A stretch of 61,365 bases of DNA from Acidimicrobiia bacterium (lineage in GTDB: Bacteria; Actinomycetota; Acidimicrobiia; Spongiisociales; JAHEDJ01): positions 1 through 61,365 of the forward strand of contig JARGFH010000020.1 of assembly GCA_029210695.1 (NCBI GenBank), written 5' to 3'. The first letter of the stretch is position 1; each line of letters opens with the position of its first letter. This document shows, piece after piece, positions 10,091 to 19,166 of this stretch. The translations under genes and the position numbers were made by a program. Below the pieces are notes generated by a model that was given only the letters and a program-made list of their open reading frames with translations, was not told the origin of the DNA and made no database searches.

Positions 10091-10321
10091 GGCTGCCAGG
10101 GCCGACGCACGGACGGCTTCGACCCGAGTTCCGGAGACCGAGCGTCGGGTTCTGAACTGGGTGATCATGGATCGCCTGTGATCACTATCACAGCTGGCCG
10201 GGGGCATCGCCATCGGATCCCCCGGCGCCGTCCCGTTGCTCGAGAGGGTTTGACACACGTCCTGAAACTCCCCCGCCGGAGAGCGTAGGGTGAATCGCGT
10301 CACACCTTGAGGAGGTAGACC

Positions 10322-10960
10322 ATGGTCACGTCTTCCGAGCCCTTCGCAGCTCGCCTGGATATCGACTACCCCGAAACGCTCGACAGGTTCACGACGTTCT
10401 TTCGGCTGATCTGGATCATCCCGATCGCCATCATCCTTTCTCTGCTCACGGCAACCGGGAACGAAACGGTGGCCGAGACCGGTGAGCAGATCCAGAAGAC
10501 CGGCATGGGGATAACCGGTGGCCTGGCGCTGGCCACGATGCTGATGATCGTGTTCCGGATGCGGTACCCACGCTGGTGGTTCGACTTCGCCCGAGAGCTG
10601 ACCCGCTTCGGAGCGCGGGTCAGTGCCTATTTCTTCTTGCTCACCGATCAGTATCCTTCGACCGTTGACGAGCAAGCGGTGCACCTCGAGATCGATTACC
10701 CAGACGTGGAGCGAGACCTCAATCGCTGGCTGCCACTCGTGAAGTGGCTGCTGGCCATCCCCCACTACATAGTGCTCGCCGCGCTAGTTGCCATCGGGAT
10801 CATCGTCTGGATCATTGCCTGGTTCGCCATCCTCTTCACCGGACGCTATCCCCGCCCGCTCTTCGATTATCTGGTGGGCGTTGGCCGATGGGGACTGCGA
10901 GTGGATGCGTACGCGTTCCTGCTGGTTACCGACGAATATCCGCCGTTCAGCCTCAAATAG
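10322..10960 (+). CDS. DUF4389 domain membrane protein
   Basis: Duplicated motif RYPRWWFDF...LLTDQYP / GRYPRPLFDY...LVTDEYPPFSL; RBS gaggaggt. Confidence 0.85.
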   Translation: MVTSSEPFAARLDIDYPETLDRFTTFFRLIWIIPIAIILSLLTATGNETVAETGEQIQKTGMGITGGLALATMLMIVFRMRYPRWWFDFARELTRFGARVSAYFFLLTDQYPSTVDEQAVHLEIDYPDVERDLNRWLPLVKWLLAIPHYIVLAALVAIGIIVWIIAWFAILFTGRYPRPLFDYLVGVGRWGLRVDAYAFLLVTDEYPPFSLK

Positions 10961-10967
10961 GCCGTAT

Positions 10968-11888
10968 CTAGCCCCTGCCGCGCCCGAGGAAGGCCTCAAT
11001 AGCTCTGATCATGTGACCGGCGTGCGTGAGGGGAGCTTCATGGCGAGCTCCGACCAGTTCCACCACCTCTGGATGGCGCAGAAGTGAGGCCAGTTCGTAC
11101 TGGACTTCGGGAAACATCAATTGATCCTCGGTGTTGATGATCACCAGGGCCGGTTGTTCCAGTTTGCCGATCCACGGGCGGGCATCGAAGCGGTTGACGG
11201 CTGAACCTGCCTGCCAGTAGAGGTCGGGGTCCCGGTTCTGTAGCTGCCAGTGGGCCCAGCGCAGGTGCTTGGGAAGCACAGCCCCGACGTTCGATAGGTA
11301 ACCGGTTCTCGCCCGGGTACCTTCGGACCGGCTGAGGCGATCGAAAGCCCGAGCCAGCACGATCACTACCCCTCCTACGATCCGCTCGGCCGCCGAACGA
11401 GCCGGCCCGGCAGACGTGCCGGCCAGGATGAGCTTGTCGACTCGCTGCGGGTGCCGGTGGGCCAGTTCGAGGGCGGCCAGTCCGCCCATCGAGTATCCGG
11501 CGATGGAGGCCCGGTCGATTTCCAGCGCGGTCATGATGCCGGCCAGATCGTCGGCGAGGTCGGCGATTTCATAACGGGCACGCAGAAGATCCGACTTCCC
11601 GGTGTTCCGGCCGTCCGGCACGATCACCCGGTAGTTCTTGGCGAGCCTGCCGATCAACTTCCACCACACCACGAGACCGTGATCCCCCCAGCCGTGGACA
11701 AGCACCAGCGGCGGAGCTTCCGGGTTGCCGGCCTCCCGAACGAAGAACTCATTGTCTCCGACGAACACAGACCGCCCGGGCAGGCGGAAGGGGTGTTCTT
11801 GCGCTTCGGCCGCCTTCGGTTCCGGTTCCGGGCCGAGCAGCCGCCAGGCAACCCATGCCAGGAAGAGCCGCTTCATCCAGCGCATCAT
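10968..11888 (-). CDS. Alpha/beta fold hydrolase
   Basis: LVHGWG, nucleophile elbow GYSMGG, C-terminal D...GARHE. Confidence 0.9.
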   Translation of the reverse strand: MMRWMKRLFLAWVAWRLLGPEPEPKAAEAQEHPFRLPGRSVFVGDNEFFVREAGNPEAPPLVLVHGWGDHGLVVWWKLIGRLAKNYRVIVPDGRNTGKSDLLRARYEIADLADDLAGIMTALEIDRASIAGYSMGGLAALELAHRHPQRVDKLILAGTSAGPARSAAERIVGGVVIVLARAFDRLSRSEGTRARTGYLSNVGAVLPKHLRWAHWQLQNRDPDLYWQAGSAVNRFDARPWIGKLEQPALVIINTEDQLMFPEVQYELASLLRHPEVVELVGARHEAPLTHAGHMIRAIEAFLGRGRG

Positions 11889-12334
11889 TGTTGTGCGCCC
11901 AGCGCGTCACGGGCGAACACGTACTCCTCAACAGGCCGGCCTTCGATCAGGTGCTCCTGGATGATCCGTTCCATCACCTCGGTGGTGACCGACCGGTACC
12001 AGACGCCATCCGGATAGACGAGGGCAATGGGTCCTTGCTCACAGATGCGGAAGCAGTCGACCTTGGTCCTCAGCGCGACGGCCTCCCCGTCGGTCATCCC
12101 GCCCGGGGGCGGTTCGCCGATCGACCCCCGCCACGGCGGCGGCGCACTCGCCAACTCCAGGTCCTTCATGCGCCGCTTCGCGTACTCCCACACGCTCGAC
12201 GACTCCTCGTACGTCGAACAGCGCGGCGTCGTCTGTTCTGCGCACAGGAACAAGTGGCGACGCAATCCACCAATCGATAGCGCCGAGGCGATCTTCTGGA
12301 GCCGTTCATCGAGAAAGGGCAGTCGGTCACTCAT
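11885..12334 (-). CDS. Thioredoxin-like [2Fe-2S] ferredoxin
   Basis: [13 protein letters not shown] ... [24 protein letters not shown] ... IIQEHL. Confidence 0.85.
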   Translation of the reverse strand: MSDRLPFLDERLQKIASALSIGGLRRHLFLCAEQTTPRCSTYEESSSVWEYAKRRMKDLELASAPPPWRGSIGEPPPGGMTDGEAVALRTKVDCFRICEQGPIALVYPDGVWYRSVTTEVMERIIQEHLIEGRPVEEYVFARDALGAQQ

Positions 12335-12341
12335 GAGCCGT

Positions 12342-13529
12342 TCACGATACCGGTTTGGCGACGGGGTCTCGCCGGGTCTCAGGCACAAGGAACAGCACGC
12401 CGGCGGCGACCATCATGATCGACCCCGTCAGGAAGAAGCCGGCGGTGATGGCGCCGGTGTCGGCGATGAAGCCGAGCGCCAGTGGGCCCACTACGAATCC
12501 GAGATCTCCGGCCATCCGGTAGACGCCGACCGCAGAGCCTTCCAGGCCCGGCGGCGCAAGATCTCCCACCATCGCCGGAGGGGCGATGCCGGCCAGTCCT
12601 GCGGTTATTCCGAACACCATCGAGACGAACAGCAACCCGGTGAAGGATTCGAACATGCCGTATCCGGCTGTGGCCAGCGCGGCGGTCGCAAGACCGATCA
12701 GCGCCACCGGCTTCCCGCCGACCGAGTCGACGAGTCGCCCGGCCGGATTGACGATCAGGAGGTTGGTGAGGGCCGAGACGGAGAGCAAGATCCCTATGTC
12801 GCCTGCGCCGAATCCAAGCGACTGTTCTGCATAGAGGGGTAGGAGGGTAACCCTCGCACCTCCGCGCATGAACATCATCGAGAATCCCACCAGCATCAAG
12901 GCCAGATAGGTAGGCGAGCGAACAAGTCGCCGGGCCGCGGATACCACCTGCCGGGCACTCGTGGCTCTGGTCGGAAGATCCTCGATGAAGAACCAGGCAG
13001 ATACCGCGACGAGGCCCGCCAGGACCGAGTAGACCCAGAACGGGGTCCGGAAGTCGCCCAGTTCGGCGAGGAACCCACCGACGAATGGGCCGATCGCCAC
13101 GCCGACGAGCAAGCCGGTCTGATAGGCGGCCGTTGCCCGGCCGAGGCGCTCCCTCGGAGTGACCTGCAAGAGATACTGGAAGGCGGTGGTGGCGAAGATC
13201 GCCGAGCCGACCCCCTCGATGAAGCGCGACCCGAGCAGCACTGCATAGCTGGGTGCCAATGCGGCGGTCACGCTCGAGATAGCCAGAAGCGTCGTGCCCA
13301 GTACCGTGACTCTGCGGGCACCCCACCGATCACCCGCCATCCCACCGATCACACTGAAGAGAAGTCGGGCGACTGCAAATCCGGTGATCAGCGCCCCTGC
13401 CGCCGTGTACGAAACTCCGAACTCCAGCGCGTACAGAGGCAGAATCGGCGCAACGAGGGTGAGTCCGGCCATCACGAAGCCGACACTGATGGAGATGATC
13501 ACTATCTGACGAGAGACGGTGGACGGCAC
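12342..13529 (-). CDS. MFS transporter (DHA1-like)
   Basis: About 12 TM segments, [11 protein letters not shown] motif A, RFIEGVG. Confidence 0.9.
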   Translation of the reverse strand: MPSTVSRQIVIISISVGFVMAGLTLVAPILPLYALEFGVSYTAAGALITGFAVARLLFSVIGGMAGDRWGARRVTVLGTTLLAISSVTAALAPSYAVLLGSRFIEGVGSAIFATTAFQYLLQVTPRERLGRATAAYQTGLLVGVAIGPFVGGFLAELGDFRTPFWVYSVLAGLVAVSAWFFIEDLPTRATSARQVVSAARRLVRSPTYLALMLVGFSMMFMRGGARVTLLPLYAEQSLGFGAGDIGILLSVSALTNLLIVNPAGRLVDSVGGKPVALIGLATAALATAGYGMFESFTGLLFVSMVFGITAGLAGIAPPAMVGDLAPPGLEGSAVGVYRMAGDLGFVVGPLALGFIADTGAITAGFFLTGSIMMVAAGVLFLVPETRRDPVAKPVS

Positions 13530-13556
13530 TGCGGACCAGCCTAGGTGGGCGGCCCG

Positions 13557-14603
13557 TCAGCTCAGGAGGCGGATGCCCGCTCCGGCCACGATCGACCCGA
13601 TCACGGCCGCCGCTTCGGTCCGTTCGGCCTCGAGGGCGGCGAGGAGGAAGTCCAGACGATCGGGATGGACCGAGATCAGCAGGCCTCCCGACGTCTGTGC
13701 GTCTGCGAGGACATCTCTGAGTGGGGACCCGACATCGCCGAAATCCACGTGATCGATCACCGCAGACATATTCCGTTTCGACCCCCCCGGCAGGATGCCC
13801 TGCGTGGCGAGGTCGAGCACCCCTTCTATCAGTGGTACCGAGACGGCGTGGATCTCGGCGCCTACTTCCGCCGCCGATACCATCTCGTGTAGGTGGCCGA
13901 GCAGTCCGAAGCCGGTGACATCTGTCGCCGCGTTGACCCCGACCGACGTCATGGCTCGGGCAGCGCCCTCATTGAGGGCGGCCATGACCTCGATGGCCCG
14001 CCTCTCCACCCCGGGATCAACCCGGCCGTTCTTGATGGCCGTGGCGATGATGCCGGTGCCGAGCGGTTTGGTCAGGACGAGCACATCGCCGGGTTGGGAA
14101 CCGGAGTTGGTGACGAGGCGGTCGGGCTCCACGATCCCGGTTATGGCAAACCCGTACTTCGGTTCCGGATCGTCGATCGAGTGACCACCGACGAGCGTGC
14201 ATCCCGCCAGTTCGAGTACGGCTGCGCCGCCGGCGATCACCTCTTCGAGGAGGTCAAACGGCAGCGTGTCACGGGGCCAGCCGACCAGTTGCAGGGCGGT
14301 GAGTGGAGTCCCTCCCATCGCATACACGTCGGAAAGGGCGTTGGCAGCCGAAATACGGCCCCAATCGTACGGATCATCGACAACCGGGGTGAAGAAGTCG
14401 ACCGTCTGCACCAGGGCTGTTCCCCCGGGCGCGACGAAGACGGCAGCATCGTCGCTGGTTTCGAAGCCGACCAGGAGGTCCGGATGGCGGGTGACCGGTG
14501 AGTTTCGCAAACGGCGCAGGACCTGCGCCAGCTCGTCAGAACCGAGCTTGCACGCTCAGCCGCTTCCGTGCGAGTACTGGGTCAGACGCGGATTCAAGTC
14601 CAT
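13557..14603 (-). CDS. selD: Selenide, water dikinase (selenophosphate synthetase), selenocysteine-containing (Sec16), 348 aa
   Basis: RBS ggaggt, ATG at 14603, MDLNPRLTQYSHGSG-TGA-ACKLG in frame with the 13557..14510 ORF (DDAAV, QTVDFFTP, SDVYAMGG, GGHSI, TDVTGFGLLGHL, DAQTSGGLL). Confidence 0.95.
14513..14555 (-). promoter_or_regulatory. Candidate bacterial SECIS element(s) immediately 3' of the selD UGA
   Basis: mRNA hairpins AGCUCG-GUUCUGA-CGAGCU and GGCGCAG-GUC-CUGCGCC (14529-14513), both with G at the start of the apical loop. Confidence 0.6.
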
Positions 14604-14792
14604 CTCGGTCACCTCCTTCCTCGTCGCGAGTTGCGAGTTGCTGGTCGCGGGTCAGGATGCCAGTTTGGCACGGCCTGAGAATACGGCTGCCGTTTGCCTC
14701 TGGCCGCACTCGCCCGGTCTTGAGAAGCTGAACATGTCATGTCGCCATTTCGCCGCGCTCGAGGCTCTCAAGTAGTGAAGGGAGAGTCGCAG

Positions 14793-15257
14793 GTGCAGGC
14801 AGATGATGAGCAAGCCTTCACTCGTTTCGTCAAAGAGACGGAACCGCGGCTCTCATATGCGCTGGCCGCCGCCTACGGGCCAGAGGTCGGCGCGGATGCA
14901 ACCGCGGACGCTCTCACCTATGCCTGGGAGAACTGGGACAAGGTTCGGGTCATGAACAATCCGGCCGGATATCTCTACCGGGTCGGTCAGAGTCGCTCTC
15001 GGATCTACCGGCGGCCGCGCCTTCTGTTTCCGGGCGTGGCGCCGTCGGATGCTCACGATGTGGAACCCGGATTACCCGCTGCACTCGAGTCGCTCACCCG
15101 CAACCAGCGGGTGGCGGTTGTACTGCTCAATGCACTCGAATGGACCGAGCACGAGGCCGCCGAGTTCCTCGGGGTCTCCCGTTCGACCGTTCGCACCCAT
15201 GCAGAACGTGGATTGAACAGGCTGCGTGCCGCCCTGGAGGTGACGGTCGATGCATGA
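14793..15257 (+). CDS. ECF RNA polymerase sigma factor (SigE/RpoE-like)
   Basis: Region 2 (ADALTYAWENW...NPAGYLYRV) and region 4 (LTRNQRVAVVL...EAAEFLGVSRSTVRTHAERG); GTG start after aagggag, start uncertain. Confidence 0.88.
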   Translation: MQADDEQAFTRFVKETEPRLSYALAAAYGPEVGADATADALTYAWENWDKVRVMNNPAGYLYRVGQSRSRIYRRPRLLFPGVAPSDAHDVEPGLPAALESLTRNQRVAVVLLNALEWTEHEAAEFLGVSRSTVRTHAERGLNRLRAALEVTVDA

Positions 15258-16137
15258 CGTCGAGGTTCAACTCCGCACGTACTTGGATTCAACAGTCGAA
15301 CGGATCGACGCCGACGACGTGATAGCCGGAGCCCGGGCTACCCATCAGCTGAAGCGGTGGAACGCGGGGGTACGGCATCCGCTGCGTATCGCAGCCGCCG
15401 CCGCCACGCTCGTGACGGTCGCGATCAGCCTGGTTGTTGTCGGAGCATGGATGCTCGGAGAAGGCGTTCCTCGAATTGGAGAAGCCAACCCAACACCGAC
15501 AGCAACTGCCCCGGTAGCAACGACCGTTTGGCCGATCGCGCTCGCCGGAATCGCCGCGGCCACAGCAGTAATCGCGACCATGACGGTCAAGAAGAGAAAG
15601 GGGGGTTCCGTGGACACACTGGAACGCCAAACACCCGAGGTGCGGATCGAGCACCTCCGCAAATCGAATCGCGGCCTGATAATCGCGCTGGTTGTGACAG
15701 TACTGGCCCTGGCCGGCCTGGGCGGCTGGGTACTGTTCGACAAGGTGATCGACACCGGCATCGAAGCCGACGTCCAGGCGCTGCTGGACGACTTCCTCGC
15801 CAACGCCAACGCGGGCGATCTCGAGGCGAACACCGATCTGTACACATCCAGGGCGGCCTACATCGAGGGAGACGGCACCATCTACCCGGCGCAGGACATC
15901 CCCGCGCACTGGGCAGACCTCGAAAGCTCACTGGGGCAGTTCGCCGGTGAGCAACTCGGTGATCCGCTGATCATCGAGGATCCCGATGCCAATCGCTATT
16001 TCGTCTCCGTGCCGGGACAGATCGGCTGGGGACGGGACCCCTACTACAAGCACTTCATGACGTTCGTCCTCACCGAGGTCGATGGGGAACTGAAGATCAT
16101 CAGCCAGATGGTCAGTCCCCTCGACAAATGGCGCTAA
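15250..16137 (+). CDS. Putative anti-sigma/partner membrane protein with C-terminal NTF2/SnoaL-like domain
   Basis: Overlaps the sigma stop; three hydrophobic segments; C-terminal VQALLDDFLANANAGD...LYTSRA...DGELKIIS. Confidence 0.65.
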   Translation: MHDVEVQLRTYLDSTVERIDADDVIAGARATHQLKRWNAGVRHPLRIAAAAATLVTVAISLVVVGAWMLGEGVPRIGEANPTPTATAPVATTVWPIALAGIAAATAVIATMTVKKRKGGSVDTLERQTPEVRIEHLRKSNRGLIIALVVTVLALAGLGGWVLFDKVIDTGIEADVQALLDDFLANANAGDLEANTDLYTSRAAYIEGDGTIYPAQDIPAHWADLESSLGQFAGEQLGDPLIIEDPDANRYFVSVPGQIGWGRDPYYKHFMTFVLTEVDGELKIISQMVSPLDKWR

Positions 16138-16150
16138 TCCATCCTCTTCT

Positions 16151-16201
16151 CGTTCCTGCGTCAGAGCCAGGCGTCACGCGCCGAGAACTGGCGCAAGAAC
16201 G
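16151..16201. repeat. REP-like imperfect inverted repeat between convergent genes
   Basis: cgttcctgcgtcag ... ctggcgcaagaacg (12/14 complementary); related half-site at 61032-61044. Confidence 0.55.
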
Positions 16202-16213
16202 GGCAGGCGAGAC

Positions 16214-17131
16214 TCACCGGCCGGCGTCGAGCGGCACCTCCACCTCCGCTACCCCCCTCAGCTGAACCGACGCCACCGCCCCCACGATCAGGACCATGCC
16301 GGCAATCTGAAGAGAGGCCATCTTCTGGGCGAACATCATCCAGGCGGCGACGGCACCGATAACGGGTTCGGCGGTTGCGATGACGCCCACAAAACCGGCG
16401 GAGGCTCGCCGCAATGCCTGGAGTTCCAGCATGAAGGGAATCGCCGTTCCGATGATGCCCAGCCACGCCAACTCGACCCAGACCCTCGGCGACAGGTCGG
16501 TCGGAAAGGACCACACCGGCTGAATCACGGCCCACATGAGCGCCGAAATGGCGAATCCGTAGGCCATGATGCCTGAGGGCGGCATCGTCTGGCCGAGCCT
16601 TTCCCCGATAATCAGATACGCGGCGAACGTCAGCGCTGCTGCCAACCCGGCCCCGACCCCGATGAGGTCGATGTCGGATACCCGCCACACCTCAGCAATG
16701 AGACCGGTCCCGATCAGCGCCACGTATGCCGCCCACCAGGTCGACCGACGTATGAATTTTCGTTCAACCCATCTCATCCACAACAACACAACGATCGGCG
16801 CCAGGAACTGAAGCGTCATGCCGGGCCCCACGCCGATGCGGTCGACCGCCTCGTAGTACGCCGCGTTCACCGCCGTGAGACTCGCCCCGAACAGAAGCAA
16901 CAGGGTCCACGAGGCTCGTGCAGCCAGCTTTCCCCGATACCACGCGTACGGAAGCAGCACGACTACGGCCACCATCGCCCTCGACTGTGCCGCCCTTGCC
17001 GCGCTGATTTCGACGAGAGCGTCGCTGGCGATCGCGCCGCTCACGCCGAAGAGCAGCGCCGCGGTAAACGCGTACGCAAACGCCGAACCCCGGATGTTTG
17101 TCTCCTGCACGGGGCTATCCTGCCCCGCCAT
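16214..17131 (-). CDS. EamA/DMT family transporter
   Basis: About 10 TMs in two EamA repeats, LQFLAP, AEPVIG; start may be GTG at 17110. Confidence 0.88.
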   Translation of the reverse strand: MAGQDSPVQETNIRGSAFAYAFTAALLFGVSGAIASDALVEISAARAAQSRAMVAVVVLLPYAWYRGKLAARASWTLLLLFGASLTAVNAAYYEAVDRIGVGPGMTLQFLAPIVVLLWMRWVERKFIRRSTWWAAYVALIGTGLIAEVWRVSDIDLIGVGAGLAAALTFAAYLIIGERLGQTMPPSGIMAYGFAISALMWAVIQPVWSFPTDLSPRVWVELAWLGIIGTAIPFMLELQALRRASAGFVGVIATAEPVIGAVAAWMMFAQKMASLQIAGMVLIVGAVASVQLRGVAEVEVPLDAGR

Positions 17132-17606
17132 GACCGATCAGACCACTTGGCTCACTCCAACTGCGCACAAGAAACTCCAGGAGGAGTTCGAATCCCTCAC
17201 CACCGAGGGCCGCATACAAATCGAAGAACGCATCGCGGAAGCGCGCTCCCACGGCGATATCCGTGAGAATGCCGACTACGACGCGGCCAAGAACGAACAA
17301 GGAATGATGGAAGCGCGGATTCGCCAGTTGCGCCACCTGCTCGACACGGCCGAGATCCGTGAAGCTGAGGACAGCGGCGTTGTGCAGGTCGGCACGATCG
17401 TCACGATCGTCGATTCAGAAGGCGATTCGACGGAGTACTTCGTCGCGCCGACCGAAAACCGGGTACCCGGGTTTCTGCTCGCCTCACCCACCGGACCGCT
17501 CGGAAGTGCTCTCCTCGGTGCCGCGATCGGCGACGAGGTCAGCTACAAGGCGCCCGGCGGAACGTTCACCGTCACGGTGGAAGCCGTTCGACCCTTCGAA
17601 GCTTGA
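17130..17606 (+). CDS. greA: Transcription elongation factor GreA
   Basis: WLTPTAHKKLQEE...ARSHGDIRENADYDAAKNEQ...PLGSALLG. Confidence 0.95.
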   Translation: MTDQTTWLTPTAHKKLQEEFESLTTEGRIQIEERIAEARSHGDIRENADYDAAKNEQGMMEARIRQLRHLLDTAEIREAEDSGVVQVGTIVTIVDSEGDSTEYFVAPTENRVPGFLLASPTGPLGSALLGAAIGDEVSYKAPGGTFTVTVEAVRPFEA

Positions 17607-17733
17607 TGACCTGACCGGTTCTGGGTTCCAACACATCAGGGAGAGATACCCCGCCCGCCCGGGGCTAATGGCCGGAGGCCTCCAGCTGCCCGGTTAGCCT
17701 GAACCCGATCGACCACGGCTATGAGGCCCGCGT

Positions 17734-19143
17734 ATGAAACTCCGTCTCCACAGTCCCCGCGAGCTCGCCACCAGGCTCAGATTGAGCGCGCGCCGCAGCC
17801 CCGAGGAGGTAGAGGAATACCTCGATACACACCATGAGGAATGGGAAGCGCTAGCGGAAGCGGACCCGCACGATGCCGCCGACATCCTCGAAGAACTGGG
17901 CGAACAAGCGGCCACCGACCTCATCTCAGATCTCGATCCGGATGATGCCGCCGACGTCCTCGAGGAAATGCGGGACGACCTGGCCGCCGACATCCTCGAG
18001 GAGATGGACCCGGAGGACGCAGCTGATGTCCTCGGGGAGATGCCTGCAGACGAGGCAGTCGACATCATTCATCGCCTCGAACCGGAGGCGCGCAGACAAC
18101 TCATCGCCAAGCTCGAACCGTACTTCACCGATGAAGTCCGACAACTGCTCGGATATCCGACGGACACCGTCGGGGGTCATATGACCTCATCGTTCGCCTC
18201 GCTACCGCTCGGCATGACGGCAGGTGAGGCGATCGAGCGCATCCGGCAACTGAACGAAGAGCTCGAAGATCTCTCATACGTCTACATCGTCGATGACGAC
18301 CGCAAGCTCGTCGGTGTCTTGTCCTTCAGGGAACTGGTGTTCAATCGGCCGGGGGCCGGCCTCGCCGACGTGATGATCCCGAATCCCATCGGCGTCACTC
18401 CCCTCACCGATCGCGAAGACGCTGCAGAGCTGGCCCAGCGTTACCACCTCTTCAGCCTCCCCGTCGTCGACGACAGTGGGCGCTTGATCGGCCGGCTCCC
18501 GAATGAGGAAATAATGGAGGCAATCCAACTGGAGGCCTCCGAAGACTTTGCGCTGGCGACCGGTGCCGGTGCCCACGAGACGGTCTTCACGCCCGTGCTG
18601 GGCTCGGTTCGAATGCGGCTCCCCTGGCTCAGCCTCAACCTGTTGCTGGCACTCATCGTTACTTTTGTGATTGAACGACAGACCGGCATCATCGAAGCCG
18701 AGCCAATACTGGCTGCACTCATGCCGGTGATTGCGCTCCTGGGCGGAAACAGCGGGTTTCAAAGCCTGGCCGTAGTCATCAGAGCCCTCGCCACCGATGA
18801 TGTTCCCGGCACACAGGTGCTCGCCGTTCTCAGACGTCAGCTCGCCGTTGGACTGATGAACGGCGCCATCCTGGCGGTGATCGCCGGGACACTGGCGATG
18901 ACCCTCATCAACGCGGGTGTGTTTGATTCGAGCTCGTCGTCTTTTGCGGTCGGACTAGCCGTCAGCATTGCTGCCTTCGGGAACGTGACGATCGCGGGCT
19001 TCGCCGGATCGGGGATCCCATTGCTCTTGAGAAAGCTGGGACTCGATCCCGCCCAAGCGTCGAGCATCTTCCTGACCTTGATCACGGACGTAGTCGGTTT
19101 CGGCGGGTTCCTGGCCGTGGCAGCCCTGGTCCTCAGTTCGTGA
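17734..19143 (+). CDS. mgtE: Magnesium transporter MgtE
   Basis: Acidic N-domain repeats (DAADVLEEM), CBS pair, RLPWL, GGNSGFQ, GLDPAQAS, TDVVG. Confidence 0.93.
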   Translation: MKLRLHSPRELATRLRLSARRSPEEVEEYLDTHHEEWEALAEADPHDAADILEELGEQAATDLISDLDPDDAADVLEEMRDDLAADILEEMDPEDAADVLGEMPADEAVDIIHRLEPEARRQLIAKLEPYFTDEVRQLLGYPTDTVGGHMTSSFASLPLGMTAGEAIERIRQLNEELEDLSYVYIVDDDRKLVGVLSFRELVFNRPGAGLADVMIPNPIGVTPLTDREDAAELAQRYHLFSLPVVDDSGRLIGRLPNEEIMEAIQLEASEDFALATGAGAHETVFTPVLGSVRMRLPWLSLNLLLALIVTFVIERQTGIIEAEPILAALMPVIALLGGNSGFQSLAVVIRALATDDVPGTQVLAVLRRQLAVGLMNGAILAVIAGTLAMTLINAGVFDSSSSSFAVGLAVSIAAFGNVTIAGFAGSGIPLLLRKLGLDPAQASSIFLTLITDVVGFGGFLAVAALVLSS

Positions 19144-19166
19144 GTACCGGGTTGTAGGGTTCGCCG

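Noticed and set aside
10091..10321. Possible ncRNA with two hairpins upstream of the DUF4389 gene
   Set aside because: No recognisable family; the hairpins are compatible with chance in GC-rich DNA
14556..14558. selD as a nonsense pseudogene
   Set aside because: The TGA is exactly at the catalytic Cys/Sec position with an intact reading frame and downstream hairpins
17607..17733. Mg2+ (M-box) riboswitch upstream of mgtE
   Set aside because: No recognisable conserved M-box sequence and the leader is short; an Rfam scan would be needed
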